From the human T2T-CHM13v2.0 reference genome, Homo sapiens: 64,000 nucleotides of DNA. Below, in pieces: positions 1 through 13,090 of this stretch. The position numbers and the translations under genes are program-made. A model generated the notes under the pieces. It made no database searches. It had not been told where the DNA came from and saw only the letters and a program-made list of their open reading frames with translations. The stretch lies in NCBI RefSeq assembly GCF_009914755.1, contig NC_060931.1, one strand, 5' to 3'. Positions within the stretch are counted from its first letter, which is position 1. Each line of letters begins with the position of its first letter.

Positions 1-1293
1 CATCTGTGCTCAGTTTCAAGCATTTTCCCGACTGCTTCATGCCACGGTGCTCCAGCTTATCATTGCAAACACAGCCAAATAAAAACTACATGTGGCATTT
101 GGTAAAATTTATACAGAGGGGCAGCTGTTGTATCCTGCCTCACCTGAGGCTCATCTAATCAAACAAATCTGGCAATAAGGATGAGAGACTGTAAAGTCCA
201 AATGAAGCATTATTTTTTTTCTGCATCCCCTTTCCCACTGTGCCACAATGCCTATGGAAAATGAGACCAAATCAAAACCTTGTAAGAGTCTGTAATTACC
301 CTGACAGCAATGACTTATCATTTGTACACCCCTGTATTTTCTGTCCCTTCTTCTGAAGACTCACTTCAGGCATGCGGGAGCACTTACAGCCAAGATGTCA
401 GGAACAGAAACACAGTAACCATCTGAATATTGATTGTATACAATCTTTATATTGACTGTATATTGACCACCTGTATTGATAACCTACAAGGGTTTGCAGA
501 TAGATTGCTAGATCATGTTTTTGGTGATTAAAAAGAGAATGGGGGCTCCTGGATGTAAAATACCATACTTGAAGGTAGTGGTCAAGTTTTGGAATTTTTT
601 CACTTGCTTCATTCTACATTTGTGCAGCGTTCTACCCTATGTCAGTGATTAGAAAACTGGGCAATTAACTTCACGGATTTCTACCTGCCCTTAGAAGACA
701 TCCATTTTCTGAACACCCAGGAAGTCCTGATATATGCTAAAATGTGCACCCACAAACTCACAAGGCTGCATAAGAGGCCAAATTCAGCAGGCCCTGCTGT
801 CAGCCACACCCTCATCCCACAACAGCTGCTCTCATCAGTTACACCCTTTGCATCCTTGTCTAGATGTTATTTTCTGGACTCCTCCAATTCCATAGTCACT
901 CAGATAAATTCTGTAGAACAATAATACTGACATCTGGATTTTGGGAGGCCAGGGAGAGTTGAGGAGAGAGAAAGGGATGAGCTGAGAAGGGAAGGATTTG
1001 CGATGCGAGGCAACTGTCAACACAACAATTCTGGCTGATCATGCTGTTCCTTGGGCTCCCCGTTTGACCTCCACCAGCCTTTCTATTGTCGTGCCCTCCT
1101 GTCATTCCCCAGTGTTTTCTTTTCCTTTTGGTAGTGGAGGTCCCCACACTGTCAGCCTTTAGAGTGCATGTGTAGTTCCAGGACCCAAACTACAAGCAGG
1201 GAAGTGTTGCCATGCTCATGCATGATGCTGACCTTCTCCCTGTGGGTCTGAGCCACAAAGTGTGCTCTTGTGGTTATTTAAAAGTCTGCCTCC

Positions 1294-1568
1294 GGCCAGG
1301 TGGATCATGTGAGGTCAGGAGTTTGAGACCAGCCTGGCCAACATGGTGAAACCCTGTCTCTACTAAAAATACAAAAATTAGCCAGGCGTGGTGGCACATG
1401 CCTGTAATCCCAGCTACTCGGGAGTCTGAGGCATAAGAATTGCTTGAACCCAGGACAGAGAGGTTGCAATGAGCCGAAATTGTGCCATTGCACTCTACCC
1501 CAGGCAACGGAGCAAGACTAGCAAGACTCTGTCTCAAAAACTAAATATATAAATAAAATAAAATTAAC
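1294..1568 (+). mobile_element. AluS with deleted/truncated 5' left arm
   Basis: ggccagg joins directly to tggatca. Right arm and A-rich tail are present. TSD agtctgcctcc at 1283-1293 and 1569-1579. Confidence 0.9.
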
Positions 1569-4500
1569 AGTCTGCCTCCTAGACAATGCCAATCGTTAAA
1601 AAGCTGCCTCTCACAGCTCTGCTAGCCTCATGAATGTATGTCAGGAGTCTCAAGTTTACCCCTCAGACACAGGTCAAAATTATCTCTCCACTGTCTCCCA
1701 ATCCCCAACTTAGGAACTTCCCAGGATTCCTGACTTTTACTAGACACTCAGCTTCAGACCTAAATTAGAGAGATAACTTACCTGCTTTTCACGATACTTT
1801 TGATACAATCTCATTCCACCTTCCACTCCTCTTTGTGAAACATTGGCATCATTGAGCTTTGCACCGGTTAACATTTTCAAGGTTCAAGACTTTGTAGTAT
1901 CATCATGAGCATGTCAAATGAGACTATGTATATCAAAATATTTTGTAATCTGTTAAGTAATATAGAAGTGGTTAGATCAGCCAGATACCAGAGCATTAAG
2001 ACTCTCTGCAGAGTTGTTGAGGCTATACAGTCTGATGTCAGAGCAGGAGTCTCAGCTGACACCCTGAGCAGTTGACAGCGAATCACTTGAGGGACTAAAT
2101 ATGCAAAGCTGCTTCAAGCTCCAGGTGGCCCAGTGCCCATAGGCACGTTTGGATCCATTGCCTTGGAATGCCATCCCTCCCAAGAGGGATTGGGATCATC
2201 CAGTAGCCCTATCTAGTTGAAAAGATCTACAGAAGACTACCAATGAAAAGCCACTATCACACCCACACCCACGGGACCTTTGAGTAGGTCTAGGTAGGCG
2301 TACACTTTACCAAAAACCAGGATTTTTATGACACTAACCCTAATGATCTTCAACCTATAATAACTGAAGAACCAAATGTCAAACACAGGTCTGGTACTTA
2401 TGAAACCATTCTAACTTTGAACCAAACTTGGTTAACAAAACTTCAATTCTGTATTGTCCAAGGGACCTACAGAGTGTCCACTATGTGCCATGAGCTTGAT
2501 ATTTAGCCAAGTACATTGCCTGCATTGTACTACATAAGACTACATCGAGTAGTTGGTCACAGCATTCATAAGCTAATGGCTACCTCAAGGCCAAACATAG
2601 GACACAAAATAATTACAAATCAGTGCAATAGGCTTCTGTTAGAAATGAACAGATGGCTCGAACAACCTGAATTTCAATGACAAAAAAGGCACAACTCCTG
2701 CATACAAGATAATTTCGTCTTTCTCTTCTAATTTTCTGCAAATACAAAATGAAGCAACTACATTTTCCATTTTAAATGATATTTAAATAAATGTTGGTAT
2801 GAGTTCCATGGAATTTTGCCCATTCTTTTAGGATGGTGAACCCACGTAACCCAGCTTTAATTACTTGTATTCCCCATCTTACTGAAGAGGCTTAGCTCAG
2901 TGCCTGGCCCATAGTAAGGACTCAATAAAAGGTTGTTATAATTAAGCTTATCACTCCTATTTAAATATGCTGTTCAATTTTCATCTGGGTGTGCTAACTT
3001 CCCTGTAGGAATGCTACTCTGGCTCACATACATCTAGAACCCCTCTAGATGTGTAATGGTCTTTACCCTGGCATTGCTTGATGCATTAGCCCTGCTAAGC
3101 CAAAAGAACAGTACTATTACCTTAAGAAATTGTATAGGTCTCTATTTAATAATGCAATTTTTTTGCCAGGTTCTAAGGCATTTGCTGCCACAGTGTACAT
3201 GAATAAAAAGGAAAAGCATGCATTTTAGACATCAAAGCATAAGCCTTATGGTTACTTTTCTGAAATGGTCATCTTTCCTGGGCGACCAGATTTGTTTTTA
3301 TAGCTTCAAGAATCCAGGTGTGTCCAGTTTTGTAAAATGAATTAGTTCATTCAGCAAACATTCAGGATCCTGAATCCTTTTACAAGTTAATTATTACAGT
3401 ATTTAGGTCCTGATGTTGGTGCTTATACTCAACAATTCTTCCAAAGGCAGAGAACCAATTAAGAAGGAGAACACAGCATTGGTCCCACACTATTGGAACA
3501 AGACAAAAACACTGCTCAGCCATCTCCTAGTTTTAGAATCAACACATCAGAAAAGGTATCTGGTGTAAGAAGAGAAAGACGGCGGGTTCATAAGCCACAC
3601 TGCTGACATTCTACAACCTCTCTCCTTTGCTGCCTCTGTGTCCTTCCTCAGATTGAATTACTGAGCTGAGCCACAGGTTCTGTCTCCTTTCATGCTCACT
3701 CCATTCCCTCCTATAGAGAAACTACAAAAGCCTACTCTTTGAGGAACTGAGCCAACGCAGAATATTCCTTGCATATACCTGTAGGATGAGAAACTGGTTA
3801 ATGACTAGGCAGGTGGGGTGGGCACTCAGAGCAGCTGTGTCATCAGCAGTTCATGGCACTATAATAATGAGTTTGTGTTCACTTCCAGGGACATAATGAG
3901 TAAGAATTAGCACCTGCCTTCAAGGAGCCCATAGTCTAGTAGGGAAGGCAGGTTCACAAATGGAAAAACTTAACTACTTTGCACAAGGTAGAGGCTGCAC
4001 CTAGCACAGAAGGGGTAATGAACCCTAAGAGGTGGGGAGGGGTCAGAGAAGACATTTCGGAGGAGGTAGGTTGTGAGAAAACATCTGAAGTTTATCAGCC
4101 CTAAATGGGGAGTAGGGGACCGATCCCAGCACCCAATGAAATGGTTCCCATGCTTCATCTGTGTCACCAATGTCAATAGGGGACCTTTCCCCACTTTCCA
4201 CGAGGGGCTTTGCCCATGCAGACACAACCTATGAGTACAAAATTACATTGTAATCCACCAATTCTCTCTTACATTCTTTCGTAAGTCTCACAAGTAAACC
4301 AACAGCTGAAATACAGATCTGGCTACAAGAAGTTAAATCCCTTTAGGCCTTCCCAAAGTGGCTGAGCTGTAGTTGGCAGTGGAGTTGTTCTCTGGGCTAT
4401 GAATCACTGAGGGAAAAGGGCCGGAGAAAACTGCAACCAGCTATAGGGCTGGGGGAGTTGAACAACAAGCATATTCCTTTCTATTAAAATCAGATGTTAT

Positions 4501-6488
4501 CAAATTTCATCTGTTTTCTTGTTATGCACAGAAATGCACTGAAAACATGTTTGAAACATGTTCAGGAAAAAACACATTAAGATATTTTTATTCTTATGAG
4601 TGCAAGCACGGAGGGATTTGAAGTCATCTGCTATCAATATTCAATAAACAAATCTTACCTATTTGATCTCTTAAATGTTACCAAGTGGAACCACATCCTG
4701 ATAACAAAGAGCTTCATAAGATTAAGCAAAATCATCTTTAGCAGAAAGAAACATGCAGTTTCCTCTTGTTGCTCTAAAGGCAGTAACATAGGATATTAGT
4801 TACAGCATTAGCATAATCCTGAGCTTACTTTATTTTAAAAGCATGGGAACAAATATTTGATGATGCCTCAAGTTTTACCAAACTCAAGTTTTTCCAGCTG
4901 GCAAACCACAGGCTGAAAAGTTAAGTCATATAAGGCTTTATAGCCCCATGTACTAAAAATATTCCCAGCCAATGGGTAATTTTTTAAGCTGTTCTAATCT
5001 TACCTGTAGGTGGATAAATTTTAAGCTTGAACAACATTTTAAGGGGTAGGCTTTTTGTTAACTATAGCCAAGAGGTAAAAATAGTCCAAACCCAATTCTG
5101 GCATTCATTTGCAAGGTCATGTTTGAGACTAAAATTTATGTGTATAAAAAGGATTTACAAACTTAATGCTGAACCCAAAATGTGCCATATTAGTTACCAT
5201 GACAAATGACAAATCTAGCCCTCTGACTTCACACTTAGCTGAAGTGCCTGCAGCTTAATGCAAGCTCAGCTTTGAGAGGATGAGAGGGCAGTAGGCTTCA
5301 AAAGGTTCTGTGGTTTGGCTGGGATGCCTGACCTCAGAATCCACCTACTCAGAAAGGTCTGGATCCCAGGAATCTCTAAAGAGACTCCAACGAGGTGGCA
5401 CGCACACACCTATATTCTTTGGGGGTGGAGGGTTATGAAGGATAAAAAAGACAAAGTTAACTTGAACAACTAGAAAATAAATAGACTGAAAAGTATGTTT
5501 AAACCCCTTGATGGATCAAAGATCTGTAAAATATATACTTATCCTAAGTTATGGGCTGAGTCTGTGAGATGATAAGAAGTGCAGCTTCAATGATCTGGAG
5601 AAAAGATGGATGTTTACCCTGGATAACTGTAACACAGTCAGCTTCTTACTGGAGATGTCATCAGAGAAGCCACAGTGACAGTATTCACACTGCCTCAGCA
5701 TGGCAGATGAAGGCATACATCCTGAGCTAGATGACATGACCCACTGGGCTTCCAACCTCTTCCCACCCTGGTGTCCTGCCATGCCCCACCCTGCGGTGAG
5801 CTCATTAATCCCTCAGCCAGTCCTTCCCAGTTAGTCTGTCTAGGAACCAATGAAGATGGGACTTTAGATATCTAACTGCAAACATCCTAGAGGCTTCTGA
5901 TAGACATCATTTGTCCTTCTGTAGTAGCCCAGCTCAGGGATCCAATCCATCATAGCTCCTAGAGGTAAATACTTTGGTTAGTGAGGTCCATGGTGCTTCT
6001 TCTTCCTGCTGCCTTTCACTATTTCCTGCTTAACTACTCTGCCCAGCCTGACTGGGGCTGTGTCTCACTGATCATGCAATGTCAGTAAAGATGGCCCCTG
6101 GAAGCTCAGTGCCTGCCGTCATCTGCAGAGGAACATTCTCTGTGGAACAGAGTATGGTCGGCAGTGGGTGTGGCTGCTCAGTTTGGGAACACTAATTTAG
6201 GATGGTGGCTTTGGCAGGGCATCCTTGTCCATCTGCAATATCGATCTTGTCCTCCACCCCTCAAAAAAGAAGTCCAGTCTTGTACTCCAGCAGCTTTTCA
6301 ATATTATGACTAGTCAGCCCATATATAAAGGTCAAATTCAGCAACTCAAATGCAGGTGGCTTAGGGTATCAACTGGTAATGTGTAAATGCAGTTACTTCT
6401 GTGACAATCAAATGTGTGAAGGTTGAGGCCTATGGGTGGAGGGCAAGGCAGCATGTCACTCCAATCTGTAAACAAGGTCACTCTCTAA

Positions 6489-6830
<342 letters not shown>

Positions 6831-9800
6831 TAATTGACGTCTTCCAACTAAATGACAATTAAGTTGCCTGGCCAATAAATTCTTGTGGTTTGGTCTACAC
6901 AAATTTCTTAAAAAGTATATTAGTCTTTTACATGTTCAACATTGGTTTCTGCCAGATTTGTGAAGTAATAGAAAAAAGTGGTCATAAACGAAACACATCC
7001 TTTGTAGCTCATATGAAAAGGATGCCAACATGCATTCCCTGAATTCAGTGTGTTTTTAGAAAAAGCAGTATAATTTATATCATTTCATTTACAACAGTGC
7101 TAAGTTAATGCTCTTGGCTGATTTTGACAGAGGCCTTTCCAATCGAACTGCAATGATTTGTTTCCCTTAAACACTTACCGTACTGAAGGACTTTTAATTA
7201 GCTTTCTAGCGTGTTTTCCTGATGGACATCACCTCCCTAAAGCCTTGTAAGTTTCCTGGCTTCTAAAAAAGAACAAGAAGTTAAGGGGCATTCTTTGGGT
7301 TTCAGGCTTTCTGTGAGTCAATAACAAATCGTTGTTTCGTGAAATTGGGTGCAACTGCTTACTGGGAATCACGGAGAGGCTTCTTTCTCCACCCTCTCAG
7401 TCCAGTCCCCAAACCTGCTCAGCAATTTGACTATATTTTATTTTACAACTCATTGTGACAGTGTCACTAAAAGGCAAGTTTTTACACAATAATGTCAGCT
7501 GGGAGTGGTAATATGAGACCACAATTAGGCATGACCTTTACTTAATGAAGCACTCCCTAAAGGGTGGTGGAGGAGTGCCAAAGCTCAACAAGGTTAACCA
7601 GACTATCTTTAGTGAATAAAATTCTCAGAGGCTTGAATCTGCACTGTGAGTCTTTTAAATCTGTACCTACGACCTACAGCAGGTCCCAAACTCAACCACA
7701 GACTCCTTCTTTGGAAGAGCATCTCATGGGATGAGTGTTCTCAAGAACTCACTCTGGGGCAACTTGACTTTCTTCACTGAATTAAGAAAGTGCTGGAGGA
7801 AGGGACCATGACCTTGTTGTGTTCTGATTGGGTGGGATGAGGTAGCAGAGATGAAGTAGTGACAGAGTGTCAAGGAAGTCTGTGAGTAGGGTGTAGCAGA
7901 TCTTAAAGGCGTTTCACAAAAATCAGAACCTTTATTTGGCTCCGAGATCTGTCATGAAGCACAGGGAGGAACGTAGTGGAGGGGCTGATGTGGCACCTGT
8001 GAATGTGCAGCTATCATTTCCCCTTCACACTCTCGTGAGAGCAGTCAACTAGCCATATATTATAAAACTGAGGGTCCGGACCTTTGACTCAATTACTTCC
8101 CTCACTGATTCTGCCAGGTGACCAAAGACCCCTATTAAGATCATGCTCTTTGGGGGTGTAACCCAGGCATTCCGAAGATTTTAAAGTGGGAATGCTATCA
8201 AGGAGAATAATGTGCTAGGCCATGGTTAGTCAATGCCCTTGAACCTCATGACTTGCTCATTATTATTCCCTAATATCCCCTCCACTTGGAATCTTCATTT
8301 ATTGTTCCCCGTTTTCCACTCCTAACCAGGCCTCTCAACACTACTGGGGAGAAAGTCTATTTTCTCTTCATAAAAGTGCCAGGGACTGCTCTTCTGGAAG
8401 AAAGGGCCCTATGTGGTAGGGCTTCAGAGTACAAGGCCAGAAAACACCAGGCAAGTCACACCATGGCCCAAAAGGAGGATGGGGTGAAAATGCGGTCATG
8501 CCAAACCTCACCTCACAGTTCTGGCTACAGCCAGTCCGGGCTGCTGAGGACATCTGCCTCCATGGCTGTCGGAGAAGAATATTTTCAAATTGTTAATTCA
8601 ACCACTGAGGGACTGGGAGGCTAGAGAGGCAGTAAACTCTGTTGAGTGTCACTGCCAAAGCAAGAGTCTATTTATGTGAGATCACGCTGAGGCAAGGCTG
8701 CACACGAATAACGGCAAATCTTGCTCTTGAGTTTTAGTAGAAAAATGAAGTGTGGTACCTCATAAAGCCATTTGTCAATGAAAAGTTCGTGCCGCTGACT
8801 CAGTTCTGCTCTGCCCTGAGTCTGCATTTTTCCCTCCCTTCCCCCAGTGGCAAAGGCCTATTTGGACCTGACATAGGAATCATCTTTGGTTCTCTTCCGG
8901 GTAAGTGAACTGAATTTAAATCCTCAAAGCACTCCTCCTGTGACCTTCAGGAACAGCAGCTAGACCCTGACATCAGTTGGCCACATTTATTCCTGAAATT
9001 TCTAGCTTTTGTGTCCTAGATATGAGGCCCCACTTGGCACTTGAGAAGTAGTTCAGTGCTTAATTATTTATAAAATAAATAACATGATTTTGTGCTTTTA
9101 TTTTATAGGATATGATGACATAAGGGATGATGTATGTTCAAGGTAGCCTCAGAGGAAGCAATACCTCGAGGTAGTTCATCTAAGTGGGGACATTTCTGCA
9201 GGATTTCAAACGACGCAGCTGGTGTGAAGCATTGTACATTTCAAGAACACCAGATACAGATGTATAAGAAAGTGGATGAATGAAAACAAACTCAAAAGTA
9301 CATTCAAACGGAGCACTTTGGTTACCCTGGACTACTGTATTTTCTACCCAGCCCACTTCCATTGATGTAACATCCTACCATCTAGAAGATCCTCCTGTTT
9401 TAAGACACTATCTTGCAAATGCCCCTGCTCCATACTCAGACTACTGCAATTACACAGTAAGATTAATGAATTCACAGTCTGTTTCTGAGGATTTAATGAC
9501 TTCTTAATAGAACAGAGTGCACACATAGCTAGACTATGACAAATCATAAAAGATTCTTAATAAGAAACCCCAATTAGTTAATTAAAATTTGCTAATTGAA
9601 AATTCTAAGAATAGCATGTAAAATATTCCAGACCTTGAGATAAAGCAGTAAAACACATATCTAACGTGCCCACCAGACAAGTTTTACATATCTATGCAAT
9701 AGAAGACCTTGGTAAGTGAAACAAGAAATGAGGGAATAGGTCATCACATAGAAACCTTGAAAGTGGTCTAATAGATCAGGAGAGAGAACTGGAAATTATT

Positions 9801-11354
9801 ATTATTTATCACACAGAGAGGAGGTGCAAGGAATGGGGTCACCTTTATTAATTTACTCATACATTTCTTACTCCCCCTACTCCGTTACAGATTCATCTCT
9901 CTGTAATGGTATAAAGGCATATGTAAGAAACATTGAATGGATCTTATCAATTTTGGATATTTTAACATTCATTCCTGTTCTTAAAATATGCACTTGATGC
10001 TCAGGGTGGCTCTACAAGAAAATGCTCAAAATGTGCCTCATTAAGATGGCTGATGTAAATTTTTACTAAAGAGTAGGTGAAATGTTGTAAGGAAAGGAAT
10101 GCCTTCTAAAGCAAGTAGAGAGAAACCATTTTTTAGCTCCAAATGCCACATAACCAGTTCTAAGTTAAGGGGAAAGGAGGAAGAAGGATAACAGAGCTAC
10201 AGGACTCAACCTCCATGAAGTCATCACATGGAAACCTTGACAGCAGTCTAATACAGCAACCCCTAGTTTGTGTGCTGCAGAGGGAACATGGCTGCTGCTC
10301 CACCAAAGCAATCTGGCAGGCTAGACTTTACAGCTCACCCAAAGCATCCTTGGAGCTGTCTACATGGCTCCAAGCCCAAAGCCCAGCCCAGGCTCTCTGA
10401 TTCGTTCTTGTTTCGAGCCAGGGGTCCAGTTCTGTGTGACTTACCTTTCCTCACCATAACTTGGGAGTAAAGTAAGGTGAAATGTTCTGGCTTTGACTTC
10501 AGCCTTCAAATTTGATTTTGCAGTCCAGACGGTACCACATCCACCCTAGCATCCCCAAGTCAGGGCTCCTTACAAAGAATTTTTGGAAAGAAGAATGGAT
10601 GACAATGGGGAGGGCAGAAGGAGACAAGCAGGGAAGGAGCTGGGATGTGACCTGCTAATAGAAATTAGAGTAGTACTAATAGCGGTAATTGGTTTTACTA
10701 GCAGTACCAGTAAAGTGCAAGAGTAATGGCAAGATTAGCAATGGCAGTGGTGGTGGCAGAACAGTGACAGTAGTAGGAGTAATGTTAATGGCAGCAATCA
10801 TTTGAGGAAATGCCTACTGAGTGGTAAAATAAAAAGACATGTTATTAACTTTTCTGTATTATCTTTACTTTGCAGATGAGAAAATTATAGCTGTAACCTG
10901 CCAAGGGAACCTGTCCAAGGCCACACACAGAGTAAACAGCAGATAAAGATTTGACATCAGGTGTCCCAGTGCTTTCTAATTATGATCAGGGTTCCCTGAA
11001 CAAATCTCAGGAAATACTTCTAGGCTAGTCATTTTACCATTCCTTTTACATAAAATGTCATTCTCCCTCTCTAGCTAGCCAACTCCTCTTTATACTGCAA
11101 AGTCCATCTCACTTTTTCCTCCATGAAACTTCTCTGATTACTTTAACCCTATGAAGTTATAGCACTGATCATTTGAGCTATTAGCTTGGCACAAGGACAT
11201 ACTTTGGCCCTGTGACATACTTTACACTGCTATTTAAGTTTCCATGTTTGTCATCTTGAGTATCTAGACCCACCAGTTATATTTCTTTGTCTCTTCTAAA
11301 GTACCTGGCACCCACGAGTATACAGTAACCATTCTCCATACAGAGCATATGTTA

Positions 11355-11774
<420 letters not shown>

Positions 11775-12842
11775 CTAAAATGAGGTTAGAGTGAAATACT
11801 GCTACCTTGCCACCTACTTTACTCAGCATAAAAATGCATTTAAATCCCTCAATTCTTCTCTCTGGAAAAGGTATACATCTGTGAGCACCTCCTAAGAGAA
11901 AAACGCAAACTTCAGAACATGAAATCTTCCCAGTTAGACTTGTTGTGCTTATTTAATTGAATGGCATTTTCACTGGAAAATTTTAATCAATTCATGTGTC
12001 TCCTTTAAATCACAAGACTGAAAGGACCCAGGGAATCCAGTAGTGAGAATTTACTCCTTTGGGGAAAAAACCTCTAAATGCTAATTTTTAACCTGCATAT
12101 CTTTCTTGCCAAGGGCACTACGTTTATCTTGTGTGCACAATTTCTTTAGGTTACACTCACTTTGGGGTAACCCATGCCAAATGAACCCAGCAGGCAGACT
12201 TAGAAGAGAAGGCATTGTGTAAAAATGTAACAAGGATTGACTGGCTCTAACAATGTCTGACAGTCTTGCTGGTATATTCTTCAGTGCACAACAGGGTATT
12301 CTGTAGGAGTTAAGCTGTGGCATGAGGTGGAAGTTCAGCCTGGCTGCTGACATATTTTGGACAGCAGAGAGGGCTGAGGTTGCTGTGGTTGCCCTGACAA
12401 TTGAGGGGTTGGCACATCAGCAGAATGAGAATTGGAGAAATCTGGCAAAAAGTAAAGCCACAGGAGGGTGAAACCTGGAGGAACAAAGCCTGGTTTCCCA
12501 AGCCACCCAGCAGGCTCAGGTCCGTGAGGCTCCAACTCATAACCTGGTGGAGGCTGCTGGGAGAAAAGTGCAGGAAGGTACGCAGACAAGGAAGGAATGG
12601 CAAGGGAAGCAGCAGAGGGGAGATGCTGAAGGTGGGCAGAACAGACAACAAACACAGCTAAGAATGAGGAGTCCAAGAGAAGCATGACAGGCCAAAGAAA
12701 ACCCTGGGGTGTTATAGAGGGAGCATGTGAGAGCAGGCAGTGCAGAAGCAAATGGAGTCAATCAAACCTCTTCATCAAAATGGAAACACAGCATTTGAGG
12801 ACTTACTGTTTGAACTTCTATGAGAAACCAGGACAATAAAAG

Positions 12843-13090
12843 CTGGCAGTTTTATTGCTTACTATGTGCCAGGCACTGTTCTAACTGTTTTACAAACATT
12901 AACTTATTTAGTACTTATAACAGTCGTTAGGGTAGCTATTACAACCTCCATTTTACAGATGGATAAACTAAGGCACACAGAGGTTAAGTAACTTGTCAAA
13001 GGCCACCAAGCTTATCAGAAGCAAAGATGAAATTTCAACTCAAGTAGTCTACCTCCAGAGTCTGTGTTCCTGGTCACTAAGCTATACTCT
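12843..13090 (-). mobile_element. MIR SINE
   Basis: Contains tactatgtgccaggcactgttcta and the MIR core ccattttacagatggataaactaaggcacacagaggttaagtaacttg. Confidence 0.8.

Noticed and set aside
12081-12761. Cluster of 74-138-aa ORFs
   Set aside because: Purine/pyrimidine-skewed sequence, probably an old repeat. Mostly non-ATG starts and no recognisable domain.
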